From Haliotis rubra (taxonomy: Eukaryota): a DNA stretch of 64,000 bases. The stretch is taken from assembly GCF_003918875.1 (NCBI RefSeq), contig NW_025765303.1, forward strand, positions 868,001 through 932,000, in the 5' to 3' direction. The notes below the pieces were generated by a model. The model was not told the origin of the DNA, did no database searches, and was given only the letters and a program-made list of their open reading frames with translations. Both the position numbers and the translations under genes were made by a program. This document shows positions 26,790-40,300 of the stretch, in pieces; the first letter of the stretch is position 1, and each line of letters starts with the position of its first letter.

Positions 26790-27120
26790 GCCCATCACAT
26801 GCAGGTGTATAAAAATGTAACTAATTTCATTAAAAGTGCATTGTCTATCGATGTCACCTGCACAAGTACATAATGCCACTCAAACAAGTTACAGGTATAT
26901 ACAGTTGCACATTTCACTCTCCGTTAGAAAGTTTCAAATGCAGTCCAGCTTACCTGTGCATGTCTGTCACTTGGTCTCTCCTGCCCGTTATCATCATCAC
27001 ACCTGACACAGGTAAATTATAATCCAGGTAGATGCGCGTCCCGACCTTTTCCTCCCAGCGTCTTAAGTAAATCCCCGCCTACGCGGAACCGTGAAGGCTT
27101 TCATGCAAACCGGTTCCTAA
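26790..27120. promoter_or_regulatory. E-box (CAGGTA/G), AACCGGTT and CCGTTA motif cluster (candidate epithelial enhancer)
   Basis: Seven CAGGTR matches in about 230 bp, two CCGTTA, and a perfect AACCGGTT near 27108. Confidence 0.4.
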
Positions 27121-27613
27121 CTGCACTAATGGCGTCATGGTCTGTGTCTCACAAAGAGGTTGTGGGGTTTTCAGCTTGAGCAAAGCTGCAGCCCTCTGTT
27201 CACTTGAAGCTGGCTGATAGGGGGTTATAATTAAACCTGTAGTGGTTATGTAAGTCGGGGTCATAATGTCAACACTTCCAGACCCCGAGGAGACAGTTAT
27301 TTCTCCGATAAGTCTCTCAATGGTTTTATTGTACAATGCTGAAGAGCTGCATGTTAGGGTGCCGCGATGGGAATATGGTAGAATTAAGTCATTAACTTTG
27401 GACGAATGCTACTAAACAATGTTACAATAAACTGGATAATGTTTGGGTTGGCTGATAACCGATAACTAACTACCCATAAAATAATATATATATGTTTTGC
27501 ATTTTAATCTGTAACAACTACACAGCAACACTGTGAAACGCGTACAATAATTCAAAATGAATTTACTGTTGAACTGTTTGAGAGGCATTTTAGAAGTTGT
27601 AAGCAATAGGAAC

Positions 27614-27732
27614 GACAAGTCTTGATGGATGATCAACTTCTTTATAGTGGTGTGCTTGAAAACAGTATAAGTATCTATACCGAAACGTCGCCATTGTACA
27701 ATACAGAAGTTGATCATCCATAAACACTTGTC
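27614..27732 (+). mobile_element. Fold-back Penelope-like remnant with U3-A8 hammerhead
   Basis: Inverted ends ATGGATGATCAACTTCT/AGAAGTTGATCATCCAT enclose GC-TTGAAAA-C-AGTATA-AGTATC-TATACC-GAAA-CGTC-GC (27654-27691). Confidence 0.65.
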
Positions 27733-29431
27733 ACTCCTATGGCATTACTGGTGCTCTGTTTAAAGGTGCACATAATGCCAAGGGTGCTTTTGGGTAGCCT
27801 AATGGTTAAAGCGTCCGCTCATCACACTCGGATTCATTTGCGTTAAGGCGTTTTCTCTTCACGAATTCCACAAAAGATTACATATTAAGTATGAGTAAGC
27901 ATTTCTGAACCAGTTTAACTGCAAACGGAAAGAGATGTCATTATGTATTGTCGTCTCATACTCGTTTGCATTTTATCACATCTTACAACAATATACACAA
28001 TGTAGGGCTGTTTGGACTGTGTGTAAAATGTCTTGTCATCCCATTGTGTTATATGCGAGAAAAATACATTCAGCATTAACACCGCCCTCCAAAAATGTCG
28101 AATGGTTGGTCCTAAATCCAGTAAAAGATTGGATGTTGTTTACTTCGATGAGAATAGTTTAATACTCTGTGCTCAGTCAAGTATGTCGACGTACAATAGG
28201 CGTGGTTAACTGCATACACCTTAAAGATCTCATAATTATATTGGTGGTTAAATGACAAGCATAGATTATTATGTTAGACTGTGTAGAAAATGGACATGTA
28301 CAGTGCAGTTATTTTATGAACACACGCCCACCACTCGTGAACACCTTTACAACAGATAAAGATTCTTAACTTTGGACGTATTCCTTAGCCACCTCCGTGT
28401 AAGGGAATACTGCTCCTTAAAGGATTATTTTCTCGAGAACTTAATGGCGACACTTTATTGTGAAAGCCCTTGTCTAAGCTGGCATTTAATCCCGTTATGC
28501 TTTAAGATGCTATTGACAAGGTCCATCTGACAACGATGGTCGGTCGGATGAGTATGACCACACAAAAACGATTACGTGTTCTAAAATCTCCTCGTGTGAC
28601 CCACATTGGCCATAACAATGGATGAACGTCCGTTCCTGAGGCGAACACTATTTTAACAGTAACTTTGCTCTAGGCGAGTGTTGTCGCCTGGCATGACATA
28701 ATGTATCTTATATAATTTGTAGTTGTATAACTCTATCAGGGTCAATATTGGTACTAATAGCATAGTATCCTTTTGGTGCTAAACGATTTTTTGTGCAGGG
28801 AAAAGTACATGTTTTAAAGCGATATCCTTGAGCAAAAAGGTGGTTTTGTCTTTTAACAAGAGGGATTTAGAATATTTATCCTGATCAAGATCTAATATCT
28901 TATGAAAACTATATCATGTATAACTATACAAGTGAATAAAGTCACTATTATACGCGTTTGCTAGATTATGACATAATTTATGTGTAAAACATATCATATA
29001 GTTTAACCCTAGGGCGTACAACTTGAATCATTCGACAGGGTATGAATCAATACCATATAAGGAGATTGATTATGTGGTGTGAATAAAACAAGTGGGTTAA
29101 ATTCGAGATAATACAAATTTACAGATCGTGTTGTTTTAAACGAACGAGAGAGTTTAATCACTGATTACATAAGTGTATAGATCATTGTGTAAATCCCCAA
29201 AACGATTATTCTTATATTGTGAAACATAACATTCCTCAGACTTCCATATCTTTTTGCACCAGCATCTACAAAATGTACGTCATTCGCCATTCTACAAACC
29301 GGAAATAACGCTGTCTGTGTTTCGGTTGTAATTTTAACTCCCGATCCAACTATCTGCAACAGCCCAAAGATGTTCGGTAACTTCTTTGAGTGTCATTTCT
29401 AGTGGCATTTTACAAGCTGGGAAGAACAATA

Positions 29432-30095
29432 TAGACAAACTTTATGGATAACAACTTCTTTATTTCATCAGTGCCACGTTTCGATACAGATTCGTGTACC
29501 GTTGTCAAGCAGGAATGTGAGTGAATTTAGTTTTACGCCACACTCAACAATATTCCAGCTATTTGGCGGCGGTCTGTAAATAATCGAGTCTGGACCAGAC
29601 AATCCAGTAATCAACAGCATGAGCATCGATCTGCGCAACTGGGAACCGATGACATGTGTCAACCAAAACAGCGAGTCTGACCACCCGATCCCGTTAGTCG
29701 CCTCCTACGACCTAGCATGGGTTACTGAAGTTCAATTCTAGCTCGGACCTTCACGGGTCAGCAGGAATGTAACATGAAGTGGAGGCAAAGTATATATATT
29801 GAGTTTGACAAAGAAAACATGACAATTCACAAAGTATATGTACTTTGCTTCTACTTCATGTTGCATTCCTGCTTGACAACGGTACAAGAATCTGTATGGA
29901 AATGTTTGTCAATCTTGTTCTTTGAGTGGCATTTTGTGAAGTTGGGAAGTACTGACAAGTTTTTGGATAACAACTTCTTTTATTTTGTGAGTGCGATGTT
30001 TCGAAACAGACTGTCTGTTCAACAACGGTACAAGAATCTGTATCGAAAAGTCGCACTCTCAAAATAAAAGAAGTTGTTATCCATAAACATGTCTG
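29432..30095. mobile_element. Inverted (fold-back) Penelope-like remnants with U3-A8 hammerheads, interrupted by a family B insertion
   Basis: Minus-strand TGC-TTGACAA-C-GGTACA-CGAATC-TGTATC-GAAA-CGTG-GCA at 29472-29511; plus-strand copies at about 29870-29905 and 30020-30056; terminal AATAAAAGAAGTTGTTATCCATAA motifs point outward. Confidence 0.7.
29519..29758 (-). mobile_element. Short retroelement family B, full length
   Basis: Full head-to-tail match; TSD AGCAGGAATGT on both sides. Confidence 0.9.
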
Positions 30096-30623
30096 TATTA
30101 AAGATACTGGGTTACTAGACTTTCTTCAGGTCGTCATACGATAAAACGCTGGACGTAAAATACCTTAAGCCTGCTTACATGAAAGCTTAGGAACTGCATG
30201 AACCTGAGGCCCTGGTAATAACATTAACACATAATAACCATCTAGCCCACAGGTCACGTGACGCTGACCTTGAGGCTGTTAGTGTCGTGTTTGAAGCTGT
30301 CTGTGAGGTGGTAACTGTTTGATAAACAATGGCTACAATTCTGAGCCATGTAATTAAATCCCATTTATTAATTCCTCTAAATACGTAAGATCGGTACGTA
30401 TTCATTTGAGCCACTCTTAACGACATCCTTTTCTGACAACTGAGGCTTCAATTTAGGTTTCACCATCAAAGGTTAGGTCATTCTCGAAATTTTATAGTAT
30501 TTATTTAGAGTAATCTATTCAATATGGCGCTGGGTTGGTAAACACGATGTCGTCTCATGCTATGACCGTTGCATGAAGTTTCACACGTACTATAACTTCT
30601 AATTCTTAGTCTCTGAATATAAA

Positions 30624-30864
30624 ACCCGTGAAGATCCGGGGTAGAATAGGTCTTCAGCAACCCATTCCATAAAAGGCGACTACTTGTCGTAAGAGGCGAC
30701 TAACGGGACGCTGACTTGGTTGACACATGTCATCGGTTCCCAATTGCGCAGATCGATGCTCATGCTGTTGATCAGTGGATTGTCTCTCGATTATTTACAG
30801 ACCGCCGCCATATAGCTGGAATATTGCTGAGTGCGGCGTAAAACTAAACTCACTCACTCACTCA
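30624..30864 (+). mobile_element. Short retroelement family B
   Basis: Head ACCCGTGAAGATCC, (ACTC)n tail, TSD CTCTGAATATAAAA; small internal duplication and deletions. Confidence 0.9.
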
Positions 30865-31167
30865 CTCTGAATATAAAAAGTTTTGACAGAAACAAATAAT
30901 TCCTTAGAGACGGAGACCCATTGAGATGGGGATTCAGAACCGATGGAAATCAAGACTTGCTTCATTTGCTGCTTTAGCATTGCAGACATGGCAGGAGGGA
31001 GAATTAGGCGGTTTAGGGACTGTTAGACAGACTATCTAACTGGCACTCTTTTTAGGTCATGACAACTTTGGTGGGTGCCTCGGGTATCGAAGGAGATTCT
31101 TACTATTTTTGCGAACACCTGGTGCTCAAAGATCTATTCATACCCGTGTTTTCTTATCATATTGCAG

Positions 31168-31409
31168 TGAGTGACTGAGTCAGTTTAGTTTTACGCCGCA
31201 CTCAGCAATATTACAGCTATCTGTAAATAAACGTGTCTGGACCAAACAATCTAGTGATCAACACCATGAGCATCGATCTACGGAATTGGGAACCGATGAC
31301 ATGTGTCAACCAAGTCAGCGAGCCTGACCACCCGATCCCGCTAGTCGCCTCTTTAATACGACCTAGCATGGGTTACTGAAGATCAATTCTAACCCGGATC
31401 TTCGCGGGT
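31168..31409 (-). mobile_element. Short retroelement family B, full length
   Basis: TSD TCTTATCATATTGCAG; head variant ACCCGCGAAG...TAGCGGG. Confidence 0.9.
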
Positions 31410-31871
31410 CTTATCATATTGCAGACTGATTATTCTCTTGCGAAAGAACAATAGGAACTCACTAAAACTAAAACATATTAATATACACACACTTTCTGCG
31501 AACACCTGGTGTCATCAGTATTTACTAAGCGATTCATAAATACGTACCTATGACAGTGGGAATTGAACTATCGATTCTGCTTTTAGCAGATATGTCATAT
31601 GAGTTTGGGAAGAGTTTTATCGCTTTCAGTTGACCACAAACAGACTGAACTAACCACTAAGTATTTAATACGAAGATTTCAAACTAGCACAAGTTTTGAC
31701 AGCTGAAGGACATATCAATAGGTAATTATAACATTAACTGCCTGGTGCAAGGAAATATACAACCATGTATGACTGTGGATAATATATAACTGTAAATAAA
31801 ATATATGACTGAAGATATAAGGGCAGTATATCTATGTCTTGGATCTTACGTTTGTGAAGTCAGATCTATCA

Positions 31872-32000
31872 ACCTACCTACCTACCTACCTACCTACCTA
31901 CCTACCCACCCACCCATCCATCCATCCATCTGTCTATTATTGCTAAAAGCGGCGTAAAACTAAACTCAGTCAGTCAGTCAGTCTATCTATCGATCTATCT
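31872..32000. repeat. (CCTA)n/(CCAT)n microsatellite plus SINE tail fragment
   Basis: ACCT repeats, then TGCTAAAAGCGGCGTAAAACTAAACTCAGTCAGTC. Confidence 0.8.
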
Positions 32001-32099
32001 ATGCTGAAACTATTACATACATTTATCAATTATTTTAGGTCGAACGCAAATTCGTTTTACACAAGTGAATTTTATGTGTAAAGTTCTGTGTTCTAAAAC

Positions 32100-32254
32100 G
32101 GGGGCGGTTGGGTATCCTAGTGGTTAAAGCCTCCGCTCGTCACGCCGAAGGCCCGGGTTCGATTCCCCACATGTGTGAAGCCCATTTCTGGTGTTCCCCG
32201 CTGTGATATTGCTGGAATATTACTGAAAGCGGCGTAAAACAAAACTCACTCACT
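32100..32254 (+). mobile_element. SINE family A
   Basis: A/B boxes, conserved body and tail. Confidence 0.9.
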
Positions 32255-32381
32255 TACTATTTTACCGCATTTGTCTACTTTTATCCGGACGTAAACTTTA
32301 TTCTTTTGTTTAAACAACATCCTTATCATCGAGAAAACGGAACCGTTAGATCACAGAGTAATATATTGGCTTTATAATTTG

Positions 32382-32754
32382 TAGGGGTGGGTATTGCAGA
32401 GAATTTTCATATTACGATATATTGCGATGCGAAAGCATATATTGCGATATGTATTGCAATATATTGCCTGAAGTATTTTTAAGCAAAAAACTACTTATAA
32501 TCGAGTTAATTGTTGCTTTATAAAGTAAGACCACAACAAAATTACTATGCTTGATTAAGCTCTAATAACAACTATAAATCGTGACAAAATAAAGTGTAAT
32601 TATATTTGACACAAATAAAACAAGGAAATATTCGAGATTTCCGAGTGTTACAATTTTTTCTAAATGCTAGTCAAAATACCGGTTTTCGATCAACGTATCG
32701 TTTTCATGTTTGAACCGGTAAATACCAGTAAACCGGTTATATTACGCAGCCCTA
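32382..32754. mobile_element. Non-autonomous hAT-type DNA transposon (MITE)
   Basis: Termini TAGGGGTG...CAGCCCTA flanked by a perfect 8-bp TSD ATAATTTG; subterminal repeats ATATTGCGAT and AACCGGT. Confidence 0.85.
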
Positions 32755-33060
32755 ATAATTTGTAGTATAAATCACCGACGAACTCGGAGCAAGTGTGTAT
32801 CGACAATTGTCGAAATTAAAACTACAACTTCTAACGAGAAAAACGAGGTGAACGAGGAACTACTTACAGAAACGAGTCACTTTAATGTAATTATGTTGAA
32901 AACAATACCACCAAATAATTCAGTTAAAATAAATAATAGTAAGATATCTTTACGTATCAACATTATTCGCATGTTTCAAAAGGGGTGTGGTGACAGACGA
33001 GCAACACCCCCACCCCTCAGCAGGATCTGCGAATGTGATATCAACATAATGGTGTGTGTA

Positions 33061-33601
33061 TGTAGCGATCTCAACGCTGACAAACACAGCCGACATATAT
33101 CAGAGAGAGCAGATTGTTTGTGTGGCCACCCTAATGAAGATGCACGTCATTATTTCTTTGTATGTCCCAGATTTGTTGCTGTAAGAAAAAATAAATTTTA
33201 TTATTCCAATGGCTTTTCATTAGAAACAATTTTATACGGAACGTCTTCCATGGACCCACAAATTCAATCACATATCTTAAAATCAGTCCATCTATTTATA
33301 ATTGAAACTAGGCGCTTTAACTGAGCAAGTCATACACTAAAACCTATAATTCTCAAAGCTATACTACTATGGATCCCGACTGCAGATGCCATGAATGTAT
33401 ACAACCATCATGATTTTAAGTTTCCGACTACATGTCTTACCATCTACTTTCATTTTAGATATCATCTTTTCTTGTCATGATACTGTTTTATATATCTATG
33501 TATATTGGAGCGGTCTTCATATAAGTTCTTGCGAGCTTGTTGACCAATCCAGTTCATGAAAATTCTGTCTTTGCTTTTTCATGAAATAAATATGTTTAAA
33601 C
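33061..33601 (+). mobile_element. 5'-truncated LINE (CR1/L2-group-like): ORF2 C-terminus plus 3' UTR
   Basis: Frame encodes CSDLNAD...CLCGHPNEDARHYFFVCPRF...ILYG...VHLFIIETRRFN* (C-terminal CCHC finger typical of non-LTR ORF2); ends AATAAATATGTTTAAAC; perfect 16-bp TSD CATAATGGTGTGTGTA. Confidence 0.85.
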
Positions 33602-35527
33602 CATAATGGTGTGTGTATCTACAGGCGACGATATCTAAGACATCACATAACACTTCGCATGACACCTCTGTTTGTGACTTGTCTACGTTCTTTACATAGT
33701 TATTTCCTGTTAGCGCATGTCGATTTCATATCAATTGAAACTGACAAACCCCAAGTCGTGTCTGTTTCATTCATACGCCAGGGGCGTAGTTTGGTTCACT
33801 GCTCTTCTAGTTACAGGTAAACTAGATATCGCGCGACACAATTCAAAGTGAAAAACCCTTTCATTAGTTTTCAGTTACAAAACCACCATATTCGTTGCAT
33901 TGATATATTTTCTGTAGGCATGGCTGCTGATATTCGCTGTGTCATAGAATTTATTGTTTAGTTTGCAAGGTTGACATAATTTATGATGAGACTATAAAAT
34001 TGTGAAATGACCCCATGATCCTTGAGTAGGTGGGTCTTCTTAAAGGGTCACGTTGACCTCGGAATAAAGACGATTTAAGGTGTGTATGAACGAAGACTGG
34101 CTCAGTTTTGTAGACATGGAGGTCCATAAAAATATCACATTTGATATAGTACAAGCACTTACATGTAATACATCCTCATAACTTTCTGTCGTTTTAAACA
34201 TTTTACGATTGTGCATTATCGAGATTACGACCCGGGAAGTGAAATAAACATGACAATCACGTATATTATTCAAGAGCATACAAATTCATGTCTCAGCTGA
34301 TTACAAGAAAGATGGGACTGGGATTTTATCGAAACAAATAATCCTGAAAACCAACCCCGAAAATGCTCGTAAAAAAAGATAATTATGCCGAAGACATTTG
34401 AAACTTTTGGCCAGAAAAGCTAAAATGTTGTATACATAGAAATTATATAAGATGCACTTTCTATGTGGGCATTCACAGGCCAGGAGAGGTGTACTCAACG
34501 TAATAAGGATACCCTTTGTTTAAAACGCATTGTTTATTACGATGGAATTTTACAGTACATTTTCTAACATAAGATCCATTGTTCAATGATTAAGACGAAA
34601 ACAATATTTACTCTTGCAAGAGTTGTGCTCTATATGTTCAATATTCATGCAAAACAATAAATTAAAACCGGAGCATGTGCACATTATTTATATTTAAGTA
34701 TGTTATTGGTATGTTGGCCTAAAGAAAAATGAAAGACTGTCATTGTCATGGAAACGATTCTGTCCAGTTGATGTCTACATGTTAGGCCATTCACTTATAT
34801 TCTCTGATTCCCATATGGAATAGTTTTACCAAACTCTTTCATCATAATGCTACGTTGGTTAAATTCAAGAATATTAACTGACAGAGATCAAAATATGAAA
34901 AGCACCTTAAACATGAAAGCCCTTGATACAAATATGAAATGAAACTTTAACACAAAACAGCTGGATACTTTTCATCCATTTCACTGTTGAGTTCGATAAA
35001 TACGTCAACGAAATACTCTGGCCCCATTAAAAATAGATAACTATGTGACTCAATGTTGTTCTCACTGAAGCTTTGAATTTAATTTATAGATGAATATACA
35101 TCGGTATTTCCAAATGCATCATTAACCTTTTTGTCGATTCTTGGAACTTGTAATTCGTTTTCTTTTCCAGACTAAAACACGTTTCCTGAAGCCCTGGAAC
35201 GAAACATTTGGTTGTTTAGTAAGTGTATTTTCACCATGACGACAACCAAATATTTAGCTTTAGTCAAACAAGATACAATAAGCGACATTGCGTTTATTTG
35301 TTTATTACTATGGCAATCTGCTAATTCCTCCACGTGTATCTGAGACATCAAACAAATGTAGGTTAAAAGAGGAAGCAAATCAATGACTCCAATTTTGTGT
35401 TGCGTCATGCACAGACATATTCAAAAGTGTCCCTTAGGAGATTCAAAATTGACATTTCATAAAATATTACGTTACATATTGTATGTTTTGTACGGAATCA
35501 ATGGGCATCTGCTTGTGAACCCGTGAA

Positions 35528-35704
35528 GTAAGTGAGTTTACTTTTCCGTCGCTTTAGCAATATTCCAATATCACGGCGGCGGGGGTTGGAGGGGGTGTGT
35601 GGCACCAGAAATGGACTTCACGCATTGTACCCGTGTGGGGAATCGAACCCGGGTCTTCTGCGTGACGAGCGAACGCTTTAACCACCAGGCTACTCCACCG
35701 TCCC
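35528..35704 (-). mobile_element. SINE family A
   Basis: Reverse-complement match; TSD TGAACCCGTGAA. Confidence 0.9.
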
Positions 35705-36475
35705 TGAACCCGTGAAAACGGGACCTGATTTTCGTATAACTTCACACATAAAATTACTGTAATTGGTTGTACATGCTTGATTTGACCAAAATATTCCAAA
35801 TAATTGTGGACTTATTACAACGAAAAACCCAATCGTAAGATCCACAAACACATCTACGATAATCATATTTATTATATCACCATTGAATAACCATTTTAAC
35901 ATGACTGCACACTTCCTTTAGCCAGACACTTCATAAAAGCTGTTGTGCACCGTCTTGTAGGACATCAAAGGATTCCTGTGATTCAGTAAAACTTTGTATA
36001 TACATATACATATCAGTGTAAAAGAATACCCAGTCTTGACTATCCCCAGAAACAAAATCCGTTTGGTGTAAAGGAAAATATAGCTGTGAACATTTTATAC
36101 GAATGGATCACTGAACATCACTGATAACACCAGGTGTTCGCGAAGTAAAGCAGATATTGTCATTTTCATTCCACGTAATTACTCCATGTTTGTCTCTACC
36201 TTAATTAATTCTGTTTATACAGCTTTTAACTGCTTCAGATTTACTTTTTTAATGTTGCAAGGAATTATGATTACTAATAACCAACAATTTTGACTGTGAC
36301 AAATTTGATGAAAAAATTCTTCTTGTTTCAGAACACATCCTTTTATGTTATGGCATTTTATCTCGCATTTTTAAAACATCATCTAACTCAATATGTCTTC
36401 CATGGCGGCCATATTGTAACTGGCATGCTGGCTACCGGTTATCAATATATCTATTGTATCATTCAATAGTTAGTG

Positions 36476-36562
36476 TTCTGGTGTACCCCGCCGTGATATT
36501 GCTGGAATATTGCTAAAAGCGGCGTCAAACAACACTGACTGACTGCCTGACTCACTCACCCA
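36476..36562 (+). mobile_element. SINE family A, 3' half
   Basis: TTCTGGTGTACCCCGCCGTGATATTGCTGGAATATTGCTAAAAGCGGCGT. Confidence 0.8.
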
Positions 36563-37004
36563 CTCTGTCTGTAACCTACACCCTCGATTAGCCAGTTTAT
36601 TTTCCCCATGCAATTGTGGTAATGCCAGACAAATCACTTGCGAAACATCGGAGTGATACGATTTCAAAATAAACTAGGACGCAATTCTACTTTGACCTCG
36701 CTTAACTTATTTGCACCGATTTCAATCATTTTGACCACCCCATCACCACTCCAGTAGACTTTAACGGACACCATTTGGCTTTGCAAAGAGCAATTCCTTG
36801 CTGTAACATACAAGACGAACGGCTCATTGTTTTTGTGGGTTCATGTGTCAGCTGGCAGAGAGTCATGTACAGCGGAGATAACCTGTCAGGGACAGCTGGA
36901 GGTAGAGATATGGATATACCGAACCTGTTGCTCAGTGTGCAACTGCTGCAGTTGTTACTACCGCTATGTTGTTACTACTGCTTCACTTCTGCTTCAACTA
37001 CTGT

Positions 37005-37390
37005 TGTTACTAGTATGCCTCTACTACTAATGACTAGTATGCCTCTACTACTAATTACTAGTATGCCTCTACTACTAGTTACTAGTATGCCTCTACTACT
37101 AATTACTAGTATGCCTCTACTACTAATTACTAGTATGCCTCTACTACTAATGACTAGTATGCCTCTACTACTAATGACTAGTATGCCTCTACTACTAATG
37201 ACTAGTATGCCTCTACTACTAATGACTAGTATGCCTCTACTACTAATGACTAGTATGCCTCTACTACTAATGACCAGTATGCCTCTACTACTAATTACTA
37301 GTATGCCTCTACTACTAGTTACTAGTATGCCTCTACTACTAGTTACTAGTATGCCTCTACTACTAGTTACTACTATGCCTTGCTACTAGT
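37005..37390. repeat. 24-bp minisatellite, about 15 copies
   Basis: Unit ACTAGTATGCCTCTACTACTA(ATG/ATT/GTT). Confidence 0.95.
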
Positions 37391-40300
37391 ATATCACTAC
37401 CACTGTTACTACTACTACTATGTTGTTGCTGCTACTCGCTACCACCGTTGTTACTACTGTTGTTGCTACCGCTACCACTGTTACTACTATATTGTTACCA
37501 CCGCTACCACTGTTACTACTATATTGTTGCTACCGCTACCACTGTTACTACTATATTGTTGCTACCGCTACCACTGTTACTACTATATTGTTGCTACCGC
37601 TACCACTGTTACTACTATATTGTTACTACCGCTACCACTGTTACTACTATGTTGTTGCTACCGCTACCACTGTTACTACTATATTGTTGCTACCGCTACC
37701 ACTGTTACTACTGTATATTGTTACCACTGCCACTGTTACAACACTACTATTGTTGCTACCGCTACCACTGTTACTACTATGTTGTTGCTACACCACTGTT
37801 ACTACTGTCACATATATTGTTGCTACCACTGTTACCACTGTTACTACTGTGTTGTTGCTACCACTACCACTGTTACTACTATATTGTTGCTACCGCTACC
37901 ACTGTTACTACTATATTGTTGCTACCGCTACCACTGTTACTACTGTGTTGTTGCTACCGCTACCACTGTTACTACTATATTGTTGCTACCGCTACCACTG
38001 TTGTTGCTACCGCTACCACTGTTACTACTATTGTTGTTACCACCGCTACCACTGTTACTACTACTACTATATTGTTGCTGCTACCACTACCACTGTTACC
38101 ACTGTTACTACTACGCTACCACCACTGTTACTACTATATTGTTGCTACAGCTACCACTGTTACTACTGTGTTGTTGCTACCGCTACCACTGTTACTACTG
38201 TGTTGTTCCTACGGCTACCACTGTTACTACTATATTGTTGCTACCGCTACCACTGTTACTACTACTACTGCTGTTGTTACCACCGCTACCACTGTTACTA
38301 CTATATTGTTGTTGCTACCGCTACCACTGTTACTACTGTGTTGTTGCTACCTGCTACCACTGTTACTACCACTGTTACTACTATATTGTTGCTACACCGT
38401 TACCACTGTTACTACTATATTGTTACCACCGCTACCACTGCCACCACTGTTACTACTATGTTGTTGCTACCGGCACACCACTTGCTACTATGTTGTTGCC
38501 ACCACTGTTTGTTTGCTACCGCTACCACTGTTACTACTATATTGTTACCACCGCTACCACTGTTACTACTATGTTGTTGCTACCGCTACCACTGTTACTA
38601 CTATATTGTTGCCACCGCCACCACCACTGTTACTACTTATATTGTTGCTACCGCTACCACTGTTACTACTTATGTTGTTACTACCGCTACCACTGTTACT
38701 ACTATATTGTTACCACCGCTACCACTGTTACTACTATGTTGTTGCCTTCACGCCACCACTGTTACTACTATGTTGTTACTGTTACTACTATATTGTTACT
38801 ACCGCTACCACTGTTACTACTATATTGTTACCACCGCCACCACTGTTACTACTGTGTTGTTACCACCGCCACCACTGTTGCTGTACTATATTGTTGCTAC
38901 CGCTACCACTGTTGTTACACTGTGTATTGTTCACCACCGCTACCACTGTTACTACTACTGTACTGTTACCACCGCTACCACTGTTACTACTATGTTGTTA
39001 CCACCGCTACCACTGTTACTACTATATTGTTACCACTGGCTACCACTGTTACTACTATATTGTTAAGTACCGCTACCACTGTTACTACTGTGTTGTTACT
39101 ACTACCACTACTACTATTGTTACCACCGCTACCACTGTTACTACTATGTTGTTACCACCGCTACCACTGTTACTACTTATATTGTTACCACCGCTACCAC
39201 TGTTACTACTATGTTGTTACTACCGCTACCACTGTTACTATGTTGTTACCACTGTTACTGTTACTACTACTTGCCACTGTTACCACTGTTACTACTGTTA
39301 CTACTTGTTGCCACCACTGTTACTACTGTGTTGTTGCCACCGCTACCACTGTTACTACTATGTTGTTGCTACCGCTACCACTGTTACTACTATATTGTTA
39401 CCACTGCCGCTGTTACTACTGTTGTTACTACTGTTACTACTTTACCACTGTTACTACTGTGTTGCCACCACCACTGCACTGTTACTACTATATTGTTAAC
39501 ACTGCTACCACTGTTACTACTATGTTGTTGCTACCGCTACCACTGTTACTACTGTGTTTGTTAAGTACCGCTACCACTGTTACTACTATATATTGTTACT
39601 ACCACCGCTGCTACCACTGTTACTACTATATTGTTACTACTGTTACCACTGTTACTACTGTGTTGTTACTACCACTACCACTGTTACTACTATATTGTTG
39701 CCACCACTGCTACCACTGTTTACTACTGTTGTTACTACCGCTACCACTGTTACTACTATATTGTTGCCACCGCTACCACTGTTACTACTATATTGTTACT
39801 ACTACTGCTACCACTGTTACTTACTACTATATTGTTACTACTCACCACTGCTACCACTGTTACTACTACTACTGTTGTTGCTACTACTACCACTGTTACT
39901 ACTATATTGTTACTACCGCTACTACCACTGTTACTACTATATTGTTACCACTGCTACCACTGTTACTACTATATTGTTGCCACCGCTACCACTGTTACTA
40001 CTACTATATTGTTGCTACCGCTGCCACCACTGTTACTACTATTGTTATTGTACCACTACCACTGTTACTACTATATTGTTACTACTGCTACCACCACTGT
40101 TACTACTTATATTGTTACTACCACTGTTACTACTATACTGTTACTACTATATTGTTGCTACTATATTGTTGTACCACCACTGTTACTACTATATTGTTAC
40201 TACCAATACCACTGTTACTACTTTGCTTACTACTATATTGTTACCACCACTGTACTGCTACCACTGTTACTACTATATTGTTACCACCGCTACCACTGTT

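Noticed and set aside
32848-33060. N-terminal part of the 158-aa ORF at 32848-33324
   Set aside because: It lies outside the LINE TSD. It is flanking DNA that happens to be in frame with the LINE remnant.
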